From contig NC_086128.1 in NCBI RefSeq assembly GCF_963921235.1, positions 13,206,001 through 13,270,000 on the forward strand: a stretch of 64,000 nt of DNA. Direction: 5' to 3'. Source of the DNA: Mobula hypostoma. Lineage: Eukaryota. How positions within the stretch are numbered: position 1 is the stretch's first letter; every line of letters starts with the position of its first letter. The translations under genes were made by a program, and so were the position numbers. Shown one piece after another: positions 22,620-36,025 of this stretch. The notes beneath the pieces are model-generated. The model saw only the letters and a program-made list of their open reading frames with translations. It was not told where the DNA came from and did not search any database.

Positions 22620-24100
22620 GTAATGCATACAAAATGCTGGAGGAGCTCAGCAGATCAGACAGCATCTATAGAGAGGAATAAACAGTCGATGTTTCAGGTT
22701 GAGACCCTTCATCAGGACTGGAAAAGTAGTGAGAAGCCAGAATGTGGGGTGAGGGGAAAGAAATACCAGCTGGCAGATGATAGGTAAGACCAGGTGAGGG
22801 AAGGAGTGCTGAAGTGAGAAGCTGGCAGGTGATAGATGGAAGGGATAAAGAGCTGAAGAAGAAGGAATCTGATAGGAGAGGAGAATGGGCCATAAGAGGA
22901 GCAGGAGGGGCACCAGAGGGATGTGATGGGCAGATGAAAAGAAGAGAAGGGTTAAGACGGGAGCCAGAATGGGGAATGGAAGAGAGAAGGGGGAAGAGGG
23001 AGAAATTACTAAAAGTTAGAAATTGATGTTCATGCCATCAGGTTGGAGGCCACCCAGCCGAAATGAGGTGTTGCTCCTCCAAACTGAGAATGGCCTCATT
23101 GTGGCAGTAGAGGAAACCGTGGACGGACATGTCAGAACAAGAATGGGGATGGGAATTAAAATGGTTGGCCACCAGGAAATCCCGTTTTTTGCAGATGGAG
23201 CAGAGGTGCATTGACAAAGCAATTCTCTAATCTACATCAGGTCTCACCAGTGTAGAGGAGGCCACATTGGGAGTAGATACAGTAGACAATCCCAAAAGAT
23301 TTGCAGGTGAAATTTTGCCTCACTTGAAAAGACTGTTTGAGGCCCGGAATGGGAGTGAGTGAGGCGATGAATGGGCAAGTGTAGCACTTCTGCCACTTGA
23401 AGGAATAAATGCCAGGTGGGAGATTAGTGGGGAGGGATGAATGAGGGAGCGATCCCTTGAGAGAGTGAGGGGAGCTAAAGATGGGTTTGGCGGTAGGGTC
23501 CTGTTGAAGATGGCAGAGGTAGAGGTGGCCATGGACCGACATGTCAGAATGAGAATGGAAGACAAATTAAAATGGGTGGCCACCAAGAAATCCCACCTTT
23601 TCTGGTGGATGGAGGAAGGTGCTCAATGTAGCAGTCCCCCAAACTATGTTGGGTCTCACGGATGTAGAGGAAGCCACACCGTGAGCACCAGATCTCCCTT
23701 CTCTCTTTTATCATTTACCCATTCTGGCTCCCCTCTTATCCCTTTTCTTTCCTTTGCCTGCCCATCTCCTCCCTCTGGTACCCTTGCTCTTTCCCTTTCG
23801 CCCATGGTCCACTGTCCACTCCTATTGGATTCCTTCAGCCCTTTATCTCTTTCACCTATCACCTCTCAGTTTCTCAATTCATTGACTCCCCCCCCCCACC
23901 GTCACCTGCCAGCTTGTACTCCTTCCCCTCCCCCACCTTATTCTGACTGCTTTCCTCTTTCTTTCCAGTCCTGATGAAAGATCTCAGCCTGGAGTGTCGA
24001 CTGTTTGTTCATTTCCATAGATGCTGCCTGACCTGCTGAGTTCCTCCAGCATTTGTGTGTGTTGCTCAAGATTTCCAGCATCTGCAGAATCTCTTGTGCA
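22620..24100. mobile_element. Rearranged Penelope-like element(s): minus-strand GIY-YIG/3' pieces joined to an inverted plus-strand 3' end
   Basis: GIY-YIG remnants (GIVYCIYSQCGLLYTGET; LQPDGMNINF). Hammerhead-like motifs at both ends in opposite orientations (22683-22720 minus, 23966-24003 plus). Confidence 0.8.
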
Positions 24101-26899
24101 TATGATTTTCCTCTTGTGCTGCTTAAAAGGTTGGCAGCTAAAATTCTATTTTGATAAAATTGCAGTTCCTGTGTGAAATTCTGTGCTTAATTCTGTCCTT
24201 TGTTCCTTGCTTCTAAAATGGTAGCTTGATGTTTTTGAAGGAATCTCATGGAAAATGTAGAGGTCTGAGGCGGAAGTGTATGTTAAATTAGTGTACAATA
24301 AAGCTATGAACACCCAAACTTTAGCAGGTTTCATTGCTTTGATGGATGTAATGATGATTTATGTCCTGAGTTTTCTTCCCCCCCACCCCTTTTCATTCTG
24401 AGGAAGACCCTGGCTTTTGCTTGGTGATACGTCAGGAAACTTGATTTTTGGAGCATTAACATTTTGAATGAGGAACTGAGTCTACATTCTGTGTTCAACC
24501 TGTTGATATTCTATATGTCCACCAGTAACTGATTTTGCCATTTTCTGAGGTCAGTTATACCAAATTTTTGTTGTTCTCCTGGCTGGGAACAGCTAACAAA
24601 GAACAAACTAGGGAGCAATCTTAAATCTTGACTGATCAGTGGATTTAGACAGATTGGAGGAGTCCTTAGTCTTTGTACCCAGCTTGTTTAATCAAAATTT
24701 CAGGCCTTTTACTTGCTGGAAATATATATTTGCTTACATGGCATATCAAAATGTAATAAATTTATTAAATAGTTACTTGGCAGAGTATTGTATATTTCTG
24801 AATTATAATGTTTTTTAATATATTCATGTGGAAGGTGTGGGTACTAGTCAAAGTTGCAAATTCACTATGTCTTGGGCATTGTGGTTGCTTCCTTGAGTGA
24901 TGCTTAGGTTGGGTGATGTCTTGATGGACTTTGATCCTTTTTAGAAATCACTGCTGATATTATGGGATTTAATTGTATATGATTTCTTTCTTGGTATCAA
25001 GACATGGTCTAAAATTAAAGAGAAATTTCTTTCTGAAGTGCAAAATGTAGAATAGTTATTGTCAATTTATATATTATTTAATTGGCTTACGTGTAAGTTT
25101 AATTTTAAAGGGTGCTCATAGAATTTTCACTCACATGAACCATCAGTTCATAACCCTGATTTAGCACAGGATGACATGTATTATTTTGGATTTGTCTTCT
25201 CTCCCCCCGCCAAACAAATCTGCATAATTTAGCATTTTTAATGCAGATAAATTCATAATCAACCATTTGGTTCCATGTTTCAAGCTATTGTTACCATTGG
25301 AACTCTTCATTATAAAAACATGATTGTTAAATTTATGGGGATTGCATTTCATCACGTTGAAAGCTGACACCTTCTTTCTGCTACAATGAATCTCGCAGTG
25401 AGGGAATGAGGGCGCAGAATCACAGGCCCCGAATTTACTGACCTCTCAAGTGGCTGCACTCAAATGTTCGACTCCTCATGGAATCCAGCAGCAGAGTGCA
25501 AATTTGCTGTAAATTTCCCAGCATGGGGCTGCAAGGGACCAAGGCAGTATAAGGTAATTTATAATATTTTGAATTAATTGGGTGTGCTAAGTGTTGTGTT
25601 GTTTAATTTATTTTAATAGCTTTTGAATGTTTCTGAATGCTAGTGGCATTCAAAAGCCTTTAATTCTTGACAGATTTGACAGTCAGCCAAGCCTGGATAT
25701 GTGGTTTAGCTGGCTGCCATTTCTTAGCCGTTTCGTGACTCCATGTCCTGGAAGAATATATTTTGTTTTCTGTTAGAAGGCTTCATGCACTCTATTAAGA
25801 CAATAATACAGGCAAGGGAGGCAGATCAGCCCACCTTGGCCACATGACAGCATTACCTAGCTCACTGCCCTTCTGCTACATGCAAACTCATCATTTTGGA
25901 TCAGGACAGTTTTGGACAACACCTTTAAATCCATGACCTCTAATACTGAAAGGGAAAAGGACAGCAGGCTAATGAGAACACCATTGACTGTAGGTTCTCT
26001 CCAATTCGCACACCATCATGACTTGTTCCTTCAAAGTTATTGGGTCTAAATCTTGGAACTCCCTACCCTAAACATTGTGGGAATATTTTCACTAGAAGAA
26101 CTGCAGAAGTTCAAAAAGACTTGCTTCCTACCTTCTCAAGGACAATTAAGTATAGGCAGTAAATGTTAGTCTTGCAAGTTGCCATAAGTGATTCCAGAAG
26201 GGGTAAGTTTAATTGTGCCACAAAGGTCAGCAGTGTGCACAGTCAGCTTGTCACTGCCAGCAAGTTCTAACAGGTTTCAATTTTCAAGCAAATGCTTTTG
26301 ACATTTTTGTGGATCTTGTATTCTGGTGTGCTGTTTATTTTTACAGAAATGTGGGGCTTTACAGCAACTTCTTAATTTTTTTATTTCCAAAAAATGTTGT
26401 AAATATTATTACATGATTCATTGAATTCTTAATGATTGATGTGCCAGGATTGGATATAGTTGGCTTGTTTGACTACAGTCAGCAAGGGAAGAGTACTAAA
26501 TAGTGGAATACTTCTGTGTATTCTGGGAAGGCTTCTTGCAATGCACTTGGAAGTCCAGATAAGGAAGGTAGATCTTGCAGCATGTTTTGTAGAAAACCAC
26601 AATTCCAGCCACTTCAGAATATCTCACCACCTCTTGAATGAATACAAAGGGGTTTGTCTTCATATCTTGAAGAACTCAATTCTTGATCTCTGTGCAAATG
26701 ATTTCTGACACGAGTCCTTTTATCATTTTATAACTTTTGCTTTCCTTGTTTTTGAATCATAGCTTAATAAAGCATTGTTCAAAAGAATCTTTAACATTCC
26801 AGTTAGTGTTTTATGTCGCACCATCTTACTTGCCTCCTTTGAAAACTGACAAGTCTGTTTTTCCAACTTTTTTTGCTCATAATTTCTTCCTTCTCCTCT

Positions 26900-29800
26900 A
26901 CATCTGTTCCTACACTCTGGTTCCCCTCCCCCCTTGTATCTACTTTAAATCCACTGGAGCCTCTCTAGCGAACCTACCTGCAAGAATATTAGTCACCTTC
27001 CAGTTCAGAAGTAAACCGTCCCGCTGGAACATGTCCCATCTTCCCTGGAAAACTGCCCAATTATCTATAAATTTGAAGCCTTCCCTCCTGCACCATGTCT
27101 ACAGCCACATGTTGATCTGCGCTGTCTTACTATTTCTAAACCCGCCTGCACGTGGCACTGGTAGCAATCCTGAGATTGCTATCATAGAAACCATAGAAAC
27201 TACAGCACAGAAACAGGCCTTTTGGCCCTTCTTGGCTGTGCCGAACCATTTTCTGCCTAGTCCCACTGACCCACACACGGACCATATCCTTCCATACACC
27301 TCCCATCCATGTATCTGTCCAATTTATTCTTAAATGTTAAAAAAGAACCCACATTTACCACCTCGTCTGGCAGCTCATTCCATACTCCCACCAGTCTCTG
27401 TGTGAAGAAGCCCCCCCCTAATGTTCCCTTTAAACTTTTCCCCCCTTCCCCTTAACCCATGTCCTCTGGTTTATTTCTCCCCTTGCCTCAGTGGAAAAAG
27501 CCTGCTTGCATTCACTCTATCTATACCCATCATAATTTTATATACCTCTATCAAATCTCCCCTCATTCTTCTACGCTCCAGGGAATAAAGTCCTAACTTA
27601 TTCAACCTTTCTCTGTAACTGAGTTTCTCAAGTCCCGGCAACATCCTTGTAAACCTTCTCTGCACTCTTTCAACCTTATTTATATCCTTCCTGTAATTTG
27701 GTGACCAAAACTGAACACAATACTCCAGATTCGGCCTCACCAATGCCTTATACAACCTCATCATAACATTCCAGCTCTTATACTCAATACTTTGATTAAT
27801 AAAGGCCAATGTACCAAAAGCTCTCTTTATGACCCTATCTACCTGTGACGCCACTTTTAGGGAATTTTGTATCTGTATTCCCAGATCCCTCTGTTCCACT
27901 GCACTCCTCAGTGCCTTACCATTAACCCTGTATGTTCTACTTTGGTTTGTCCTTCCAACGTGCAATACCTCACACTTGTCTGTATTAAACTCCATCTGCC
28001 ATTTTTTAGCCCATTTTTCCAGCTGGTCCAAGTCCCTCTGCAGGCTCTGAAAACCTTCCTCACTGTCTACTACACCTCCAATCTTTGTATCATCAGCAAA
28101 TTTGCTGATCCAATTTACCACATTATCATCCAGATCATTGATATAGATTGCAAATAACAATGGACCCAGCACTGATCCCTGTGGCACACCACTAGTCACA
28201 GGCCTCCACTCGGAGAAGCAATTCTCCACTACCACTCTTTGGCTTCTTCCATTGAGCCAATGTCTAATCCAATTTACTACCTCTCCATGTATACCTAGCG
28301 ACTGAATTTTCCTAACTAACCTCCCATGTGGGACCTTGTCAAAGGCCTTACTGAAGTCAATGTAGACAATATCCACTGCCTTCCCTTCATCCACTTTCCT
28401 GGTAACCTCCTCGAAAAACTCCAATAGATTGGTCAAAGATGACCTACCACGCACAAAGCCATGTTGACTCTCCCTAATAAGTCCCTGTCTATCCAAATGC
28501 TTGTAGATTCTGTCTGTTAGTACTCCCTCCAATAACTAACCAACTACCGACGTTAAACTTACCGGCCTATAATTTCCCGGATTACCTTTCGATCCTTTTT
28601 TAAACAACGGAACAACATGAGCCGCTCTCCAATCCTCCGGCACCTTGCCTGTAGACAGCGACATTTTAAATATTTCTGCCAGGGCCCCTGCAGTTTCAAC
28701 ACTAGTCTCCTTCAAGGTCCGAGGGAACACCCTGTCAGGTCCCGGGGATTTATCCACTTTAATTTTCCTCAAGACAGCAAGGACCTCCTCCTTTTTGATC
28801 TGTACAGTTTCCATGATCTCACTACTTGTTTCCCTTAATTCCATAGACTTCATGCCAGTTTCCTTAGTAAATACAGACGCAAAAAACCTATTTAAGATCT
28901 CCCCCATTTCCTTTGGTTCTGCACATAGCCGACCACTCTGATCTTCAAGAGGACCAATTTTATCCCTTAGAATCCTTTTGCTCTTAATATACCTGTAAAA
29001 GCTCTTTGGATTATCCTTCACTTTGACTGCCAAGGCAACCTCATGTCTTCTTTTAGCCCTCCTGATTTCTTTCTTAAGTATTTTCTTGCACTTCTTATAC
29101 TCCTCAAGCACCTGATTTACTCCCTGCTTCCTATACATGTCATACAACTCTCTCTTCTTCTTTATCAGAGTTGCAATATCCCTTGAGAACCAAGGTTCCT
29201 TATTCCTATTCACTTTGCCTTTAATCCTGACAGGAACATACAAATTCTGCACTCTCAGAATTTCTCCTTTGAAGGCTTCCCACCTACCGATCACATCCAT
29301 GCCAGAGAACAACCTGTCCCAATCCATGCTTTTTAGATCCTTTCTCATTTCTTCAAATTTGGCCTTCTTCCAGTTAAGAACCTCAACCCTAGGACCAGAT
29401 CTATCCTTGTCCATGATCAAGTTGAAACTAATGGTGTTATGATCACTGGAACCAAAGTGCTCCCCTACACAGACTTCTGTCACTTGTCCTAACTCGTTTC
29501 CTAACAGGAGATCCAATATTGCATCCCCTCTAGTTGGTCCCTCTATATATTGATTTAGAAAACTTTCCTGAACATATTTTACAAACTCTAAACCATCTAG
29601 ACCCCTAACAGTATGGGAGTCCCAATCAATATATGGAAAATTAAAATCCCCTACCACCACAACTTTATGTTTCCTTCAGTTGCCCGCTATCTCTCTGCAG
29701 GTTTGCTCTTCCAATTCTCGTTGACTATTGGGTGGTCTGTAATACAATCCCACTAATGTGGCCATACCTTTCCTGTTTCTCAGCTCCACCCATAAGGACT

Positions 29801-30200
29801 CGGTAGACAAGCCCTCTAATCTGTCCTGCCTGAGCACTGCTGTAATATTTTCCCTAACAAGCAATGCCACTCCCCCACCTCTGCCTCGATCACATCTGAA
29901 ACATTGGAACCCTGGAATATTAAGCTGCCAGTCCTGCCCCTCCTGTAGCCACGTTTCACTAATTGCTACAATGTCATAATTTCACGTGTCAATCCACGCC
30001 CTCAATTCATCCGCCTTCCCCGCAATACTCCTAGCATTGAAATATATACACCTCAGAAGATTTTTACCACCACTCACAACCTTTCTATTAGTGGATTTGC
30101 TTAAACTTTTAACATCATTATCCTGGAGGTCCTGTCCTTTAACTTGGTGCCTAACTCCCTAAACTTGCCTTTCAGGACCTCCTCACTCTTCCTACCCAGG
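26900..30200 (-). mobile_element. Older LINE fragment (probably CR1 5'/ORF1 region) split by the young CR1 insertion
   Basis: AATCCTGAGATTGCTATC (to 27183) resumes as TATCCTGGAGGTCCTG at 30119. Confidence 0.55.
27184..30118 (-). mobile_element. Young CR1 LINE, 5'-truncated: endonuclease part and RT, with in-frame stops
   Basis: In-frame ORFs 29870-29676, 29660-28536 and 28532-27471 with YRPP, GDFN, QHGF, DFSKAFDKV, GVPQGSVLGP and FADD motifs; (GTTTCTATG)2 3' tail; nested in an older element. Confidence 0.95.
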
Positions 30201-30209
30201 TCTTCTTGC

Positions 30210-31280
30210 TTATCAAGGATCTGTCAATGTCTATCTTGGAAAAAATATTCAAAGACTGCTTTCATTGCTTTTTGTAAAAAAAAAAGTTTCAAAGATTTGT
30301 GCATGACTCTGCAAGAAAATAATTTCATTTTATCTCTGCCTTAAACGGGTGGCACCTTATTTTTAAACAGTGACCGTGATTACCATAGGAGAGAAACATT
30401 AAGGCTACTTAAGACATTATCTATTTCAAGCATTTTTTTTCCCTGTTCTAAATTGCAATGTAAGCCTAGCCTGTCCAATCTTGTAGGACAACCTGCCCAA
30501 TCCGGATATTAGTCTAGTAAACCTTCTCTGTATTCACCAATTCCCCACATAACTGAAGTTAGTTTTGTGTTCAATCCTCCTCACAATACATAATGACATT
30601 CTGTTAAATTTTCCAAGGAACTTCCTATACCTGCATGTTAGCCTTTTGTAAATCATGTACCAGGACACCCAGATCCCTCTGCATTTCAAGAGCTTTGCAG
30701 TGTTTAACTATTTAAATTATATACCTTTACAAATTTTTCTTGACAAAATGGACAATTTCACATTTTCAGAATAAAGTATTTCTTACTGAAATCGTATAGA
30801 TTCTCGTGAGACTGCAGTGAGAGTATTGCCTACTTAATGAAAGTATACCTGCAACAGAGCAAGTGCACCAAAGGTTCATCAGATTGATTCCTGAGATGAC
30901 AGGTTCCTACTGTGAGGAGAGCTTAACTAGATTAGGCTTTTACTTGCTTTGAATTCATAAAAATGAAACATTCACATTCTTATAGGCCTTGATAGGATAA
31001 GTGCAGAATTGATGTGGCCCCTGGCTAGGATGCAACAGTCTCAAAATAAGAGGTCAGGCCTTTAGATCTGAGATGACAAGCAATTTATTCATCCATATTT
31101 TTGCCATTCTGTACCTAGAGGGCTGCAAAGCATACTCAGGATAGATAAAAGATTGATTTTTTTCGATGCTAAGGGATATGGAGTTTATGCACGATAGTGA
31201 TGCCAAGGTAACAGATTAGCCATGATGTTAATGAATTACAGAGCAAGTGTAATGGTCCAAATGGGATGTACCTGCTTCTA
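30210..31280. mobile_element. Highly degenerate CR1 3' remnants in both orientations
   Basis: ACACCCAGATCCCTCTG (minus-type) and a plus-type CTGCTTCTATTTTGTATGTTTCTTATG tail. Confidence 0.5.
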
Positions 31281-32292
31281 TTTTGTATGTTTCTTATGCC
31301 AGATCTAAAATAGCCCATTCCCTGAATGTACTGATTGAGAAGGTTATATTGGATGCATCCATGAACCTATCCTCCTCATCAATACTACTATTTTGGTTTG
31401 CCTAGTGCTGATGTGGACTAAAGTCCTACGTGACTTATGTGCTACCCTTGTTATGTGAGCATCTAAATTTCCTTATTTGTATCATGCTCTGCCTACTGTC
31501 TTAGGGTTATAGGCGACTATCAAAACGTCTTGCCCCTTGTGTTTCTCAGGTCCATCCAAACTGGTACTACTATTTAAAGTTCAGATCTAAGATTCTTTTT
31601 CTCCGAATTCTGACCTTATTGACCCCATGCCAAATTACATGTGACTTGGATGTTAAACAAGAATTGTTCGTGGCACTGAATATCAGCAGAGTAAAGCTAC
31701 CTTCTGCACCTCCATACCTACCATCAGCCTTTTCAAAATAAAACTTTTTGATCATGTTGTTTTATGAAGCAGTGTGATTTTTTTTATTTTAAAATATTTT
31801 ATTTACAAAAATCAACCCCCCAACCCCCCACACAGTACAGTTTACAAGGTGACGCATCGTGTCTGTAGATATCTGGAGAGCTACTGATGTCACACTTTAT
31901 TCATCATACTAGTTTGGAATCCTCTGAGAAAGTCAGCAATTTTGTTAATAGTCCAGATTCAGTCATATTAATTATAACATTCTGGGTGTCTATAGTTAAT
32001 TGGAGGGAGGAAGCTATACATTTGGTACTGAGGATGTTTTAATTACTTTGGCTTTTCAGCTATATGGGTTTGTTCAGTTGTCTGGCTGAGCAACTGGGAC
32101 TTCATGTGAATTTCTTATTTAATATCAAATGTGCCCACTATTTTGAGAAATGATATACCAAAAAATCAAAGCAATGTTCAAAGGTAATTTAAAAAAATTT
32201 CTTACTGGGTTTCTGTTACTCACCATTTTAATCATTTGGCCTTTCATTGCATTTCTAGTTCTATGATGTTTTAATCTTTTCTTTTTTCTTAG

Positions 32293-32447
32293 GTTAATAC
32301 TTCTTGATCATTATTGCAAATATTGGATCCTATTCTCAATTTTGTCTCTTCTAAAAGTGCAGACTCTTCCTGGGGTAAACTTCCGATTGTCTCATCTTTC
32401 CCAGTCGATGGGTTTCCTTGTACGCGAACCAAGATGAGTAATTATTG
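32293..32447 (+). other. Candidate 5'UTR exon of ZC3H10
   Basis: Strong CTTTTTTCTTAG acceptor and TG|GTAGGT donor. Based on splice signals only. Confidence 0.3.
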
Positions 32448-32734
32448 GTAGGTCATTTTGCAGTGGGTGGCATCACATCTGACCACAGCCTATGTATGAC
32501 TATCTCTACATAGTGTTTTCCAAATTCTGTGTCATGACCCCAAATTGTTTGCCGCATGAGCTGTTGGAATCATGATTCATGGGCCACATAGAGTCCATCG
32601 TGTTCCCACGATAGTGGTCTTGGCTAATTTTGGAAGCAGTCAAACTACACCTTGTAACTCCTTGCTGAAGGACTAATGATTTACTTTGCTGACATGTTAC
32701 AACTGCAGGTAATGGTTCTTTCGAAATAAAAAGA

Positions 32735-33880
32735 ACCAACCAGTTCCCCTCCACCACCACACTCCTCCGTCTGGCAGAACTAATCCTCACCCTCAATAAT
32801 TTTTCCTTTGGCTCCTCCCACTTTCTCCAGATTTGAGAGGTAGCCATGGACACGAGCATGGGCCTTAGCTATGCCTGCCTCTTTGGCTAGGTAGAACATC
32901 CAAATTCCAAGCTTTCTCTGGTAATGGTCCCCGACTCTTCCTCTGCTACATTGACGACTGCATTGGTGCTGCTTCATGCACCCATGCTGAGCTCATGGAC
33001 TTCATCAACCTTGCCTCCAACAGCCACCCTGCTCTTAAATTCACTTGGTCCATTTCTGACACCTTTCTTGATCTCTCTGTTTCCATCTCTGGAGACAAGC
33101 TGTCAACCAATATCTTTTATAAACCAACCGATTCCCATAGTTATCTTGACTATACTTCTTCCCACCCTATCTCCTGTAAAAATGCTATTCTCTTTTCTCA
33201 GTTCCTTCATCTCCACCGCATCTGTTCCCAGAATGTGATTTTCCTTTCCAGGACATCAGAGGTGTCATCCTTCTTCAAAGAACGGGGTTTCCCTTCCTCC
33301 ACCATTGATGCTGTCTTCACCCACATCTCCTCCATTTCCTGGACATTTGTGCTTACCCCATTTTCCCACAGCCTTAACGGTGGTAGAGTCCCTCTTCTCC
33401 TTGCTAACCACCAACACATCCTCTGCGACCTCCACTATTTCCAAAGGGATCCCACCACTAACTATATCTTTACTTAACTTCCCCGGACTAATCTCCCAAC
33501 TGGCTCTTATCCCTGCAAGTGGCCTAAGTGCTACACCTGCCCAGTCATCTCCTCCCTCATCTCCATTCAGGGCCCCAAACTGTCCTTCCAGGTGAGGCAA
33601 CAAATCTACTGGGGTTGTCCATTGTGCCTGGTGCTCATGATGCAGCTTCCTCTAGATTGGTGAGACCCGTCATAAATTGCTTTGTTAAGCACTTCTGCTC
33701 CATCCGCCCACAGTGGAACCTTCTGGTGGCCAAACAATTTAATTCAGATTCCCATTCCTGTTCTGACATGTTGGTCCATGGCAGCCTCTTATGCCAAGAT
33801 GAAGCCACCCTCAGGAGGAGCCACACCTTATATTCCATCAGGGTAGCCCCCAGCCTGGTGGCATGAATGTCGATTTCAAG
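32735..33880 (+). mobile_element. Degenerate Penelope-like element: RT C-terminal half and GIY-YIG
   Basis: TTTLLRLAELILTLNNF, GVAMGT, YIDD, FYKPTDSHSYLDYTSSHP, Cys-motif and GIY-YIG remnants with frameshifts. Confidence 0.85.
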
Positions 33881-34822
33881 CATTAGATTGGAAATAAAGT
33901 ATTCAAAAATACTTTGGGAAGCCCAAATCTGTGGAGAAACACTTTCCAGCAGGGATCATTGTGTTGAAATCAGAAATAGGAGCTCTTGTTATGTTTCCTT
34001 CCCCCTTTACTTTGGCTGAAGGGCAACTGTAATTAAATCAGTGCAAGTTGGCTTCATTTTATTTCATTATATCAGTTTTGCACCATCATTGGACTTGCTA
34101 CCATTATATTAGGAAATATTTGTTGGCTGAAGATGGATTTGTTATCTCCTAAAACTGTATCAAGCCTGTATCTCCAGAGGTGTGAAGTTATGGAGGGTGG
34201 GGGTTGGTGAGTAGAAACAATGTGATTGCTGCCTGCTATGTTTGAAAGCATGCATATACATTTAGTAGTGATACATATTTAACAGTTCACACTGGAAAAC
34301 TTTAACCTAAAAATTAGTCTTCCAAAAATCTTACATTGGCATTCATTTAACAGCAGTTGTATAATGTATCCCACAGTGATAAAGGGAGCACTCTTTTACT
34401 CTTTTGGTTGTAATCGCAAAACAAAATAAGTTTGGCAAATTTTCAACAGAACCTTAATGGGCCTAAGTAATTGCACAAAAATTTGAAATTTACTAGGGAG
34501 AAGCACCCAATATATTCCCAGTCTTAAGCCCTAGGGATAAATTATTGGGGAATGAAATTGTGTCACTGGTATGATGGGTCCTATTTATCTTGGGTATGAT
34601 CAAGGGGAAGTGTATTACAACTAACCTTATAATATTTGATGTCAACACCAGCCAAACACTGTTCCCAGTCAACATTGTTCAGCTTGCTGAGCTCAAAATG
34701 CAGTAGTTCAAGTAACGTTTACTTTGTGGGTTAATTCCTCCTTCTCTGTAAAGACATACCTTGATTTTCTTTTTCAGATGTTTTAATGTACAGTTGCTGA
34801 GAAACAATAATAGTCTGTGAAG

Positions 34823-36025
34823 ATGCCGGATAAAGATAATTTATTTAACAGTGGTAATGACGAGGCTGGCCACAGCTCAGATGATATTTGCCGTGACTTC
34901 CTGCGCAATGTCTGCAAACGTGGCAAGCGCTGCAAGTTCTACCACCCTGACATTAATGAGGTATCCGACTTGGGCGTTAAAAAAAATGAGTTTGTCTTTT
35001 GCCATGATTATCAGAACAAGGAGTGCACTCGTATCAACTGCAAGTTTATTCATGGGACAAAGGAAGATGAGGAACATTACAAAAAATCAGGGGAGCTTCC
35101 CCCACGTCTGCGCCTTACAGTAGCCATGGGTCTTGGCCTTTCACCATCTGACCTTTCCTTTAAAAAAGGCGAGGTTCCAATCTGCCGAGATTACCTGAAA
35201 GGGGACTGTCAAAGAGGATCTAAGTGTAAATTTCGGCACTTAAAACGTGATGAATATGAGTATGAAAACAGAACCTTAGAGAGATTGGCACGAGACCAAG
35301 TGCTTTCTCCTGTAGTGCGGCGATATGACCCATTTGATGACCTTTATGACTCTGATCGCTATACTGATTATGACCATATACTAAAGAGGAGAAGAGTGGA
35401 TGGCTTACGATTTGAAAGTTATGATTTTAGTATCTCAAATTCGCGTCCAGTGGACTATAGATTTCTAGAAGAGGAGAATCTGATGCTTCGAAAACGTGTT
35501 GAGGAACTTAAAAAACAGATCTCAAATTTGATGGCAACTAATGAGGTACTTTTGGAGCAAAATGCACATTTCCGCAACCAAACTAAGGTGGTGACGCTGA
35601 CTTCCACTCCCACAGCAACAGAGCAAATACTGGCAGCACCAACTGTGGCCACACTGACCAATTACAACCATGGTGTAGCACAGACTCATACTACTTTAAG
35701 CAGCCAAGCACTTCAACCACGACCCGTCACCCAGCAAGATCTAGTGGCAACTGCTGCAGCTTCTGCTGCAGCGCCTACCAATGCTGCACCAACAGCACAG
35801 CATCTTAATCCTGAAATTGCTTCTCTCCCTGCGGCACTTGCCCAGACCATTGCTCAGGGAATGGCACCTCCAGTTTCCATGGCTCCGGTGGCTGTCTCTG
35901 TTGCACCAGTGGCAGTATCAATTGCACAAGCTCTGCCAGGAATTACCATAAGCCATGCCACCACTCCAATGGTTACTTATCCAATTGCTTCGCAGAGTAT
36001 GAGAATTACAGCAATTCCTCACTGA
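34823..36025 (+). CDS. ZC3H10: Zinc finger CCCH domain-containing protein 10 (400 aa from the ATG at 34823)
   Basis: MPDKD...ICRDFLRNVCKRGKRCKFYH, CHDYQNKECTRINCKFIH, CRDYLKGDCQRGSKCKFRH, coiled coil and C-terminus YPIASQSMRITAIPH match vertebrate ZC3H10 as I recall it. The ORF track starts at a GTG (34817); the first ATG is 34823. Acceptor TTTTCTTTTTCAG ends at 34777. Confidence 0.95.
   Translation: MPDKDNLFNSGNDEAGHSSDDICRDFLRNVCKRGKRCKFYHPDINEVSDLGVKKNEFVFCHDYQNKECTRINCKFIHGTKEDEEHYKKSGELPPRLRLTVAMGLGLSPSDLSFKKGEVPICRDYLKGDCQRGSKCKFRHLKRDEYEYENRTLERLARDQVLSPVVRRYDPFDDLYDSDRYTDYDHILKRRRVDGLRFESYDFSISNSRPVDYRFLEEENLMLRKRVEELKKQISNLMATNEVLLEQNAHFRNQTKVVTLTSTPTATEQILAAPTVATLTNYNHGVAQTHTTLSSQALQPRPVTQQDLVATAAASAAAPTNAAPTAQHLNPEIASLPAALAQTIAQGMAPPVSMAPVAVSVAPVAVSIAQALPGITISHATTPMVTYPIASQSMRITAIPH

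Noticed and set aside
25380-25560. GC-richer patch ending in AAG|GTAATT, a possible extra exon
   Set aside because: No clear acceptor or homology; could be an old repeat.
26737-27333. 198-aa plus-strand ORF
   Set aside because: Spans LINE remnants in antisense and crosses an insertion junction.
34817-34822. ORF-track start of ZC3H10
   Set aside because: It is a GTG; the eukaryotic start is the ATG at 34823 (MPD...).
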